From contig NC_086097.1 in assembly GCF_963921235.1 (NCBI RefSeq), positions 42,224,001-42,288,000 of the forward strand: a stretch of 64,000 nucleotides of DNA, read 5' to 3'. How positions within the stretch are numbered: position 1 is the stretch's first letter; each line of letters begins with the position of its first letter. This DNA comes from Mobula hypostoma. Lineage: Eukaryota. Both the position numbers and the translations under genes were made by a program. The notes below the pieces were generated by a model. That model worked only from the letters and a program-made list of their open reading frames with translations, was not told the origin of the DNA and searched no databases. This document shows, in pieces, positions 37,711 to 48,801 of this stretch.

Positions 37711-39844
37711 ATTCTATGCTCTATGTTGCCTTAGAGAGAAAAAAGATCAGATTTTTGCATCAAGTGGGCACCTGCTGATACATGCAGCAAGACATTAGTT
37801 GTTCATTGCCTCCTGAAAAGCAGCATTTCCGCACAGGAATCAAGGCTCATGTCCACAGTAAGTTGCTTTTATCATTACCTGGCTTTGCTATAATGGCTTA
37901 CATACACATCAAGTTATGGCAGAATTAAGGCGTTGTGCATGCCAGTCAGTGACCAGCACTGGTCCATCCACTGCTTGTGGGTGTGCAATAGCCAGGGGTA
38001 CCACTTTTAATAATAGCCTATATCAGAGTTGAGATAAAAAGCAACATACTCTGCACCTGGGGATGCCCCCAAATCTCACAAAGATGTGTGCTTTATCACA
38101 CATCAGACAAAAATGCTAACTTTCTTTGAATAAAAAGTGTCAGTGATACCTATTATGGGACATTATCTACAAGGCCAAATATAGGGCACAGTGGAATCTC
38201 AATGGTAACAACTTCCTGTTACCCTCTGTGTCCTGTCACTGTGCCAATTTTGGATCCAGTTTGCCACTTTTTTGACAACCCCATTCTGTAGAGCTCACTG
38301 AAGTGTATGCTACATCAACTACACTGCCCTCATCGATCCTCTTCTCACCTGCTCAAAAGGTTCAACAACTCGATATTGATTTTCTTTGATTAATCTCTGA
38401 TGACTGAATGAATTTACACTGTCCCTCAGAAATGATTCCAAAAATTTGCCAACCATTCAAGGTAAACTAATTGATCCACAATTATTCAGCTTATCCCTTC
38501 TCCTTTTACTCAGAAGTCCAACATCAGCAGAATTTGAGTCCCTGAAATTCTGGAAGGAAAGGGTAATTGGAAAATAATGGTTAGACAATGCAATTCCTGC
38601 TTCTGATACTTATAATCAGTATGTGATATCTTTCATCTGTGCTGTGTTAAATGTCCATTTACAAAGATGATAAACCCCTCTGTATTTTCTTTATTAATAT
38701 AACACTCTTCCCCTTCAACTAGAAGGCAGCACTTCCCATTTATTTTTAGATATTTGCAAAGTTTGCTTTAACTTCTTTCATCACCTGTGTGTTGATTACA
38801 TTTTGTTTTCCTAAAATTCCCACACTTTCGAAAGTCCCTTTGCTCATTGTATACATAAATGATAGAAATACTTTGATAAATATCATTTGATATGATAGAA
38901 AATTGGAGGGCTACGTGGAAGGGAAAAGTTACATTGATTAAAAGGTCAGCAAAAGATTGCGGGCTGAAGGGTCTGTACTGTGCTATAATGTTCTATATTT
39001 TATGTTCTATATTTTTGGGCTTTTCTCTGATTTTATTTGTCAGTATTTTACTCAAGCTCTCTCTCTGTTGACCCTTGCAAATTCATTCCCACTCTTCACG
39101 TGTATTTTCTTCCGGGCTTTCTCCAAAATTAAACTCTCAACATCTGGCATAAATTTCCCTCTTATTGCCTTTTTTTGCCCTGTATAAATTAGCTTTATAC
39201 ATTTTTTTCTTTGTGGAAACACTTTTGCCTTGAACCTCTTGAATTGTTAAAAATTTTTCTCTTTTCTCTCGAGTAATTTACCTTCAATTACATGTTCCAG
39301 TCAACATTTCAATGTAATAACATTAGACTTTCCCAAGGTTAGAACAATTATGTTTTTGGTTTATACCTTTCCATAAATATTTTAAGTCCAACTAAATTAT
39401 GATTGCAACCATAAAAGCTTTCTCCCTTTGGCACTCTTCCCATTGCTCAGTCTCATTTTCTAAAACTGCAACCCAAACATTTGCACACTCTGTTGGTCCT
39501 GCAATATATTGGCCAAGAGAGCTCTCCATAATGCAGTTTAGAAATTCTGTGCCTTCTGCCTTTTCACTAACTGCATATTCTAGATAATATTATAACATTT
39601 GAAATACCTCACAATATTATTTGTTACGAATGTGCTCTCTGCCATTGACTGCTTAGAAGTCCACAGTACATTGCAAATAGCGTGAAGGCAGCATATGAAT
39701 CAGATTTATTAACACTGACATATGACATGAAGTTTGTTGTTTTGTGGTAACGGTATAGTGCAGAGACGCAAAAATCTATAAAATACAGAAATAAATAAAG
39801 AGGTTCTGAGAAAAAGGAATAATGAGGCAGTGTTCACGCTCAGA

Positions 39845-41180
39845 GGAATGGGGGGGGCCGGGATCTCACAAAACCTATCGAATGTTGAAAGACCTCAACA
39901 GTAGACATTGAAAGGGTGTTCCCAATGGTGAGAGAGTCAAAGACCAGATCACACGGCCTCAGAATAGATAGATGGCTTAGACAGATAAGGAGAACAGGCA
40001 AATTAGTGGCAGATGGAATACAGTGTCGGGAAGGTGTTTGGTCAAAGGAGTAAAAGCATAGAAGATTTTCTGAACGGGGAGAAAATTTAAAAATCCAAGC
40101 ACCAAGGGACTTGGGAGTCCTCGTGCAGCATTCTTTAAAGGTTAGTTTGCACTTTGAGTCAATGGTGAGGAAGGCAAAAGCAATGTTAGCATTCATTTTG
40201 AGAAGACTAGAATATAAAAGCCTGAATGTAATGTTGAGTCTTTATAAGGCACTGGCGAGGCCTCACTTGGGGTATTGTGAACAGTTTTCACACGACAGAG
40301 GGCTATGGGCAACCCTAGGTAACTTTTAAAGTAAGTACATGTTCGGCACAGCATTGTGGGCCGAAGGACCTGTATTGTGCTGTAGGTTTTCTATGTTTCT
40401 ATGATTCAAAGTACATGTATTATCAATGTATGTGTCCAGTATACAACCCTGAGATTTGTCTTCCTGCAGACAGCCATGGAACAAAGAAAACCATGGAAAC
40501 CGTTCAATAGAAAAACATCAACTCCCCCCCACCTGTGCAAAAAACAAATCATACACACAGCAACAAGAACGTCAAACCCTCCCACCACCACCACCACCCC
40601 CACCCCCATTTAAGAAAGGATGTACTGGCATTGAAGAGGGTTCAGAGGTGGTTCATAAGAATGATTCCAGGAATGAAAGGCTTATCGATTGATGGCTCTT
40701 GGCCTGTGCTCGCTGGAACTTAGGAGAAGGAGAGGGGATCTCATTGAATCCTGTTGAATGTTGAAAGGCCTAGATTAGGGGTCCATGTACCCCCTCAGTT
40801 TATGGTAGTAATCCATGGCATAAAAAAAATTGGAAATGCCTGCCCTTGATAGTGGATGTGGAGAGGATGTGTCCAATGGTCTAAGACCAGAGGACACAGC
40901 CTTAAATAGATGGATGTCAACTTAGAATGGAGATGAGGTGGAATTTCTTTAGCCAGAGAGTAGTGAATCTGTGGAACTTGTTACCACAGGCGGCTGTGGA
41001 GGCCAAGTCAGCAGGTATATTTAAGGCAGAGGTTGATAGATTCGTGATTAGTCAGAGCATGAAGGGTTGTGGGGAGTAGGCAGGAGTTTGGGTCTGAGAG
41101 GAAAATGAATCAGCAATGAAGAAATGGCAGAGGAGACTCACAGACCAAATGGACTAGTTCTGCTCCTGTATCTTACGGTT
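39845..41180 (+). mobile_element. Cluster of CR1 3' fragments with nested CR1 tail and Rex1-tailed insert (40403-40608, minus)
   Basis: LGVLVQHSLKV, LYKALARPHLGYC, KDVLALKRVQRWFIRMIPGMKGL; FFSQRVVNLWN near 40945. Confidence 0.75.
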
Positions 41181-41949
41181 TCAAGGACCGTTCAGAAATC
41201 TGACGGCAGAAAGGAAGAAGCAGTTCATAAATCATTAAGTGTGAGTCTTCAGGCTTCAGACTCCAATACCGCCTCCAAGATGACGCATCTCCCAGAGGCA
41301 AATCTTTTTAGTTGCATCTATATGGCCTCATCTGATGATATTCATAATATACAGCATTCTCTCCCTCCACACAACTGTCAATTTCACTATCCAGTCCTTT
41401 ATGCATCACCTCTTTAATTCTTTGAATATCCTTGTAACTGAGCTTGTAAGCTGACTTTCACACCCCACCTTAAGCTAGGATTCAGTATACGCTAAAATTT
41501 CATGCTTTTGTGATATTAATTATTTGAGTGATTAAAGCCTGTGGCCACCCTTCAGCAGACATCGACTGCGAACTGTGACAGTGCTCTTTACACCTTATGC
41601 AACATGCAGATAAATTCAGATGCACAAAGGTTCTGAGTCAGGGTCACCTCGACGTGGACAATGCTGTTCTTCTTCTGTTCGGAGACTGGAGTTGTGGAAA
41701 CAGTGGTTGGCAGGTTTATGTTACATGTTTCGAAACAAAGCCATCTGAAGCTTTTGTTGCTGAGGATGAGGAGAGAATTGATCTCTGCAGACCGTAGGCA
41801 GATGGTGGCCTCCTGGTCATTTGAAGATCCGTTGTGGCCCTTATCCTTTGGGCTAACACTATGTACATATCTATAAAGATAACCATTATTCTGAATTACA
41901 TAGTGTGAGTGGTAACTAAATACTTAGCAACTGTGATTTAAGATAAACC

Positions 41950-42487
41950 CTCAAGGATATCTTCAAAAGGTGGCACCTCAAGAAGGCATCTTCTATCATT
42001 GAGGATTCTCTCCAGCCAGGACAAGCCCTCTACTCAGTATTACTGTAGGGGAGGAGATACAGAAGCCTGAAGACCCACATTCAATGTTTTAGGAAGAGCT
42101 TCATCCTCTCTGTGATCAGATTTCTGAACAGTCCATGTACTCATGGACACAACCTCTCTATTGTTCTTCTGCAGTATTTATTTATTTCCTTTTTTATTGT
42201 AACTTATAACAGAATGTGGAGGCCATGTCCTTGGGAATATTCAAAATGGAGGTTGATAGGTTCTTGATTAGCAAGGGAGGCAAAGATTAAGGGAAGAAGG
42301 CAGGAGAATGGGGTTGAGTGTGCTTTAGCCCATCAAGTCTGCTCCTCCATTTCATCATGGCCTAATTCTGCTCCAGTGCATTATGGTCTTACAGCAATTC
42401 TCTCTACCTTGCACTGTACTGTTGCCATTAAACAGCAAATTTTATGACATATGTATGTCAGTGATAATAAAGCTGATTCTGATTCTG
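41950..42487 (+). mobile_element. Rex1-type LINE 3' end with a CR1 3' fragment inserted (~42215-42390)
   Basis: Similar to 840-1020; ends GATAATAAAGCTGATTCTGATTCTG. Confidence 0.7.
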
Positions 42488-43072
42488 AAATAACAGCAAA
42501 TTGAAGACATTCAATCCTTCGAGCCTGTGCCACCTTTCACAAAAGTTGCCCTCATTCCACTTTCCTACAACTCCCAAGTTGTAATTGGTACAATAACCAT
42601 TAAACGAAAAAGTGAAATCCTCAAACCACGAGGCAGCACCATAAAATAATTTGATGGTGGTGAAAATGGAATGGCTAATCAACAATCTTCGCAGTATTTT
42701 CAAACTCGATGGGGATAGCTTAACGCCTTTTAACAGGGGGAAGCTATGCAGAATGAGAACTAACATCCACATGTTGCACTTACGCCTGCTCCAAATCTTG
42801 CTGCTGCTCCAGCACTTTTGTTTTCAGAGTGAGATGACTCCCTATCTCAACAGTGAAACTCACATGGATATAGAAATTGTGATCTTGCCGTTTATATCAG
42901 ATTATGCTGTAACATTAGAAGTCCAGAGTGGGGTGGTTAGAAGTTCGTCAGTAGCCTGGGCTTTTCACAATTGTGAATTGTAACATTTAGTAGAAAATTT
43001 GAAGGTTCAATAGAGTGAATGTCTGTGTTAAAATAGCACAGGCATAAATTAAATATGAGCACATTAATCATT

Positions 43073-43470
43073 TAGAGTCATAGAGTCATTGAGAGGTACA
43101 GCACAGAAACAGGCTCTTCAGCCCATCTAGTCCATGCCTACTCATTTAAACTGCCTACTCCCATTGTCCTGCACCAGGACCGTAGTACTCCTTATCCCTA
43201 CTATCCATGTATCTATCCAGACTTCTCTTAAACGTTGAAATCGAGCTTGCATGCACTACTTGTGCTGTCAGCTCATTCCACATTCTCATGCCCCTCTGAG
43301 TGAAGAAGTTTCCCCTCATGTTCCCCTTAAACTTCTCACCTTTCACCCTTAACCCATGACCTCTAGTTGTAGTCCCACCCAACCTCAGTGGAAAAAGCCT
43401 GCTTGCATTTATCTATATCCCTTGTAATTTTGTATAACTCTATCAAATCTCCTCTCAATTGTCTATGGTC
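43073..43470 (-). mobile_element. CR1 3' end
   Basis: TAGAGTCATAGAGTCAT tail; ORF 43155-43382 TRGHGLRVKGEKFKGNMRGNFFTQR. Confidence 0.85.
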
Positions 43471-43615
43471 TAATTATTAATAATGCAACTAGAAACAGAG
43501 ATCTAAACAAATGAAAGCAATTGACAGGAATTCTGCAGATGCTGGAAATTCAAGCAACATACATCAAAGTTGCTGGTGAACACAGCAGGCCAAGCAGCAT
43601 CTATAGGAAGAGGTG

Positions 43616-43657
43616 CAGTCGACGTTTCAGGCCGAGACCCTTCGTCAGGACTAACTG
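43616..43657 (-). ncRNA. Minimal type I hammerhead ribozyme motif (inverted-arm copy)
   Basis: CAGTCGACGTTTCAGGCCGAGACCCTTCGTCAGGACTAACTG is the exact reverse complement of 47174-47215. Confidence 0.85.
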
Positions 43658-43945
43658 AAGGAAGAGTGAGTAAGGGATTTGAAAGCTGGAGGGGAAGGGG
43701 GAGATGCAAAATGATAGGAGAAGACAGGAGGGGAAGGAATAGAGCCAAGAGCTGGACAGGTGATAGGCAAAAGGGGATACGAGAGGATCATGGGACAGGA
43801 GGTCTGGGAAGAAAGACAAGGGGGGGGTGACCCAGAGGATGGGCAAGAGGTATATTCAGAGGGACAGAGGGAGAAAAAGGAGAGTGAGAGAAAGAATGTG
43901 TGCATAAAAATGAGTAACAGATGGGGTACGAGGGGGAGGTGGGGA

Positions 43946-44791
43946 CTAGCGGAAGTTAGAGAAGTCGATGTTCATGCCATCAGGTTGGAGGCTACCCAGA
44001 CGGAATATAAGGTGTTGTTCCTCCAACCTGAGTGTGGCTTCATCTTTACAGTAGGGGAGGCCGTGGATAGACATGTCAGAATGGGAATGGGATGTGGAAT
44101 TAAAATGTGTGGCCACTGGGAGATCCTGCTTTCTCTGGCGGACAGAGCGTAGATGTTCAGCAAAGCGGTCTCCCAGTCTGCGTCGGGTCTCACCAATATA
44201 TAAAAGGCCACATCGGGAGCACCGGACGCAGTATATCACCCCAGTCGACTCACAGGTGAAGTGATGCCTCACCTGGAAGGACTGTTTGGGGCCCTGAATG
44301 GTGGTAAGGGAGGAAGTGTAAGGGCATGTGTAGCACTTGTTCCGCTTACACGGATAAGTGCCAGGAGGGAGATCAGTGGGGAGGGATGGGGGGGACGAAT
44401 GGACAAGGGAGTTGTGTAGGGAGCGATCCCTGCGGAATTCAGAGAGAGGGGGGGAGGAAAAGATGTGCTTAGTGGTGGGATCCCGTTGGAGGTGGCGGAA
44501 GTTACGGAGAATAATATGTTGGACCCGGAGGCTGGTGGGGTGGTAGGTGAGGACCAAGGGAACCCTATTCCTAGTGGGGTGGTGGGAGGATGGAGTGAGA
44601 GCAGATGTACGTGAAATGGGGGAGATGCGTTTAAGAGCAGAGTTGATAGTGGAGGAAGGGAAGCCCCTTTCTTTAAAAAATGAAGACATCTCCCTCGTCC
44701 TAGAATGAAAAGCCTCATCCTGAGAGCAGATGCGGCGGAGATGGAGGAATTGCGAGAAGGGGATGGCGTTTTTGCAAGAGACAGGGTGAGA
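43946..44791 (-). CDS. Partial PLE ORF: RT thumb, Cys-rich linker and GIY-YIG endonuclease (uninterrupted, 5'-truncated)
   Basis: Stop-free from the inversion junction; RVPLVLTYHP, CKRNKCYTC, GVIYCVRCSRCGLLYIGETRRRLGDRFAEH, HFNSTSH, LEEQHLIFRLGSLQPDGMN. Confidence 0.85.
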   Translation of the reverse strand, partial: SHPVSCKNAIPFSQFLHLRRICSQDEAFHSRTREMSSFFKERGFPSSTINSALKRISPISRTSALTPSSHHPTRNRVPLVLTYHPTSLRVQHIILRNFRHLQRDPTTKHIFSSPPLSEFRRDRSLHNSLVHSSPPSLPTDLPPGTYPCKRNKCYTCPYTSSLTTIQGPKQSFQVRHHFTCESTGVIYCVRCSRCGLLYIGETRRRLGDRFAEHLRSVRQRKQDLPVATHFNSTSHSHSDMSIHGLPYCKDEATLRLEEQHLIFRLGSLQPDGMNIDFSNFR

Positions 44792-44792
44792 A

Positions 44793-46886
44793 CTCAGTGA
44801 GTTCCGTGTTCGCCATGATGCGGAACTTTTCTTCCGTCGTCTCCGTCTCCAAGCCTACTTCTTCGGCAAGGACTCTTCCACCCCCACCGATGACCCCTTC
44901 TCCCGTCTTCAACCCTCCTCTTCTTCATGGACACCCCGCTCTGGTCTTCTGCCTGCTCTGGATCTCTTTATTGCTAACTGCCGACGGGACATCAACCGTC
45001 TCGACTTCACCGCACCTTGTCTCCATTCCAACCTCACTCCTTCGGAACGCTCTGCTCTCCACTCCCTCCGCACTAGTCCTAACCTTATTATTAAACCCAC
45101 TGATAAGGGGGGTGCTGTTGTAGTCTGGCGTACTGACCTCTACCTTGCCGAGGCACAGCGACAACTCGCGGATACCCCCTCTTATTTACCCCTCGATCGT
45201 GACCCCACTAAGGAGCACCAGGCCATTGTCTCCCATACTATCACCGACTTTATCCGCTCAGGGGATCTCCCATCCACTGCTACCAACCTTATAGTTCCCA
45301 CACCCCGCACTTCCCGTTTCTACCTCCTACCCAAGATCCACAAACCTGCCTGTCCTGGCCAACCTATTGTCTCAGCTTGCTCCTGCCCCACCGAACTCGT
45401 TTCTGCATACCTCGACACTGTTTTATCACCCCTTGTTCAATCCCTTCCGACCTATGTTCGTGACACTTCTCACGCTCTTAAACTTTTCGATGATTTTAAG
45501 TTCCCTGGCCCCCACCGCTTTATTTTCACCATGGATGTCCAGTCCTTTATACTTCCATCCCCCATCAGGAAGGTCTCAAAGCTCTACGCTTCTTTTTGGA
45601 TTCCAGACCTAATCAGTTCCCCTCTACCACCACTCTGCTCCGTCTAGCGGAATTAGTCCTTACTCTTAATAATTTCTCCTTTTGCTCCTCCCATTTCCTC
45701 CAAACTAAAGGTGTAGCTATGGGCACCCGTATGGGTCCTAGCTATGCCTGCCTTTTTGTTGGGTTTGTGGAACAATCTATGTTCCGTGCCTATTCTGGTA
45801 TCTGTCCCCCACTTTTCCTTCGCTACATTGACGACTGCATTGGCGCTGCTTCCTGCACGCATGCAGAACTCGTTGACTTTATTAACTTTGCCTCCAACTT
45901 TCACCCTGCCCTCAAGTTTACCTGGTCCATTTCCGACACCTCCCTCCCCTTTCTAGATCTTTCTGTCTCTGTCTCTGGAGACAGCTTATCCACTGATGTC
46001 TACTATAAGCCTACTGACTCTCACAGCTATCTGGACTATTCCTCTTCTCACCCTGTCTCTTGCAAAAACGCCATCCCCTTCTCGCAATTCCTCCGTCTCC
46101 GCCGCATCTGCTCTCACGATGAGGCTTTTCATTCTAGGACGAGGGAGATGTCTTCATTTTTTAAAGAAAGGGGCTTCCCTTCCTCCACTATCAACTCTGC
46201 TCTTAAACGCATCTCCCCCATTTCACGTACATCTGCTCTCACTCCATCCTCCCACCACCCCACTAGGAATAGGGTTCCCCTGGTCCTCACCTACCACCCC
46301 ACCAGCCTCCGGGTCCAACATATTATTCTCCGTAACTTCCGCCACCTCCAACGGGATCCACCACTAAGCACATCTTTCCCTCCCCCCCCCTGCATTCCAC
46401 AGGGATCGCTCCCTACACAACTCCCTTGTCCATTCGTCCCCCCCATCCCTCCCCACTGATCTCCCTCCTGGCACTTATCCGTGTAAGCGAAACAAGTGCT
46501 ACACATGCCCTTACACTTCCTCCCTTACCACCATTCAGGGCCCCAAACAGTCCTTCCAGGTGAGGCATCACTTCACCTGTGAGTCGACTGGGGTGATATA
46601 CTGCGTCCGGTGCTCCCGATGTGGCCTTTTATATATTGGTGAGACCCGACGCAGACTGGGAGACCGCTTTGCTGAACATCTACGCTCTGTCCGCCAGAGA
46701 AAGCAGGATCTCCCAGTGGCCACACATTTTAATTCCACATCCCATTCCCATTCTGACATGTCTATCCACGGCCTCCTCTACTGTAAAGATGAAGCCTCAC
46801 TCAGGTTGGAGGAACAACACCTTATATTCCGTCTGGGTAGCCTCCAACCTGATGGCATGAACATCGACTTCTCTAACTTCCGCTAG
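44793..46886 (+). pseudogene. PLE reverse transcriptase + GIY-YIG ORF, 5'-truncated, frameshifts near 45547 and 46360-46395
   Basis: Start-less open frame 44793-45545 (IIKPTDKGGAVVVW, FYLLPKIHK, PIVS, MDVQS) missed by the ORF track; 45596-46459 (QTKGVAMGTRMGPSYA, RYIDD, FLDL, VYYKPT); 46560-46886 GIY-YIG. Confidence 0.92.
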
Positions 46887-47173
46887 GCCCCACCTCCTCC
46901 TCGTACCCCATCTGTTACTCATTTTTATGCACACATTCTTTCTCTCACTCTCCTTTTTCTCCCTCTGTCCCTCTGAATATACCTCTTGCCCATCCTCTGG
47001 GTCACCCCCCCCCGTCTTTCTTCCCGGACCTCCTGTCCCATGATCCTCTCGTATCCCCTTTTGCCTATCACCTGTCCAGCTCTCGGCTCTATCCCTCCCC
47101 CTCCTGTCTTCTCCTATCATTTTGCATCTCCCCCTCCCCCTCCAGCTTTCAAATCCCTTACTCACTCTTCCTT

Positions 47174-47215
47174 CAGTTAGTCCTGACGAAGGGTCTCGGC
47201 CTGAAACGTCGACTG
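47174..47215 (+). ncRNA. Minimal type I hammerhead ribozyme motif in the PLE terminal repeat
   Basis: TAGTC-CTGACGA-AGG(GTCTCGG)CCT-GAAA-CGTC-GACTG: intact CUGANGA and GAAA core, 3-bp stem II, vestigial stem III, GUC cleavage triplet ending at 47210, stem I UAGUC/GACUG. Confidence 0.85.
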
Positions 47216-48801
47216 CACCTCTTCCTATAGATGCTGCTTGGCCTGCTGCGTTCACCAGCAACTTTGATGTATGTTGCTTGAAAGCAATTGAGATGTATTT
47301 TTTAAAAAATAAACAAATTTTTCAAAGGATGTTTTATTAATGACAAAAACGTGACTGGTTTACACACCTAATTTTCAAATTATTATTATGCACGTGATGG
47401 ATCTCTTAAAAGTATGTCTGCTGTCCTTTCTTGTGGCTAAAGGAATGGAACTTACTTAGGGAAAAATAACTGCAGCCTAGAAAAAGGATTTAGTGGTACC
47501 TTTTTTATATCTGATTTGTGAGTGATAAGCATTTTGCCCCTAACGTTCTTCACAGCAGGAAATTGGACTTGGCACATCTGGCAAGGATTCATCCGAGTAG
47601 AGCTGTCATTTCCCATCATGCTTAGTGCACATGATGGTATCATCGATGTGTGTGGCACATACTCTGCATTCTGCCACAAAATGGATCAAACAGCTCCAAC
47701 TTGTCAACTGCTAAACTAGAACTAAATCACACAGCAGTGGAGAACTGCATGTGACTTAAAAATCCTGACTAGATGACCAATTTTACACTCAGTTTATCTT
47801 CATGTTCTATGTTTCTGCACGTGGGCGGCTCTGAGAAAGTTTGCAGCATCACATCCAAAAGTTCCAACAAATGGCCCCGGAGATCCCATCGTTTGTAGTA
47901 ACCTCCCCAAATCCCGGTACAGCGTGACTTCAGCTCCCCCATAACCCTGACCCTCCCACCCTGATTTCCCTCTGCTCCATGGCAGCACTGATGCTCCAAT
48001 GCATTGGCTTGGAGAGGGTACGCTAACTGAGCTGACCCTGTCGGCAGCAGTCAGTTACCTGGCAGCTGTGAGCTCTGCGACTAGCTGCTATCTGTAAACA
48101 TACAGGTTGCAATTCAATGCTTCAAAATGGGAGGAAACCACAATCATAATCCTTTAGTGTGAGGATATCCCAAATTCACCACTTTTTTTGAGTGCTTTTG
48201 GGGAAAATGTAAATGCAAATGCTTTTGAGGAAAAAAACCATAAAAAACAAATTTGTACTGACCAGATAACATCTGTGTGCCATATTGTTCACTGTTTTCC
48301 ACTACAGTGCAGTGTTCACCTCACTAATGAAGCTGCCTGGAGCTCAACTCAAATTTCAGAACTGCAGTAATCTTTGTCACTTGAAACAAACTAGCAGCAG
48401 CTCCCATGTTCAAAGTTCAAAGTAAATTTACTATAAAGGTACATACAGGTCACCATATACAACCCTGAGATTCATTCTCTTGTGGGCATTCACAGTACAT
48501 ACAAAGAAACACAATAGAATCAATGAAAACCTGCACACAACAAAGATGGACAAACAACTAAAGTTGCACAAAAGACAACAAATTATGCAAATACAAAATT
48601 TAAAGTAAACAAAATAATAAATAAATGAGTAGTATTGAACAACACACACAAAATGCGGGAGGAACTCAGCAGGCCAGGCAGCATCTATGGAAAAGAATAA
48701 ACAGCTGACATTTTTGGGCCAAGACCCTTCATCAGGACTGGAGATAAAAGATGGGAAAGCAGAGCAAGAAGGTGGGGGGAGGGGAGGAAGAAATACAATA
48801 A

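Larger units (their letters stand above)
43525..47280. mobile_element. Penelope-like retroelement (Neptune-type): inverted 3' arm plus a 5'-truncated copy
   Basis: 43525-44792 is the reverse complement of ~46045-47280 (plus ~25 extra terminal nt); direct repeat TGAAAGCAATTGA at 43512-43524 and 47279-47291; PLE RT and GIY-YIG motifs. Confidence 0.95.

Noticed and set aside
42784..42841. Possible minus-strand exon (SHLTLKTKVLEQQQDLEQ) with a GTAAGT donor
   Set aside because: Acceptor has a poor pyrimidine tract, the peptide is unrecognised, and no partner exons were found
43503..47340. Many short ORFs overlapping the PLE (e.g. 43760-44152, 46797-47261, 44269-44718)
   Set aside because: Antisense or off-frame shadows of the PLE ORF and its C-rich UTR, duplicated by the inversion
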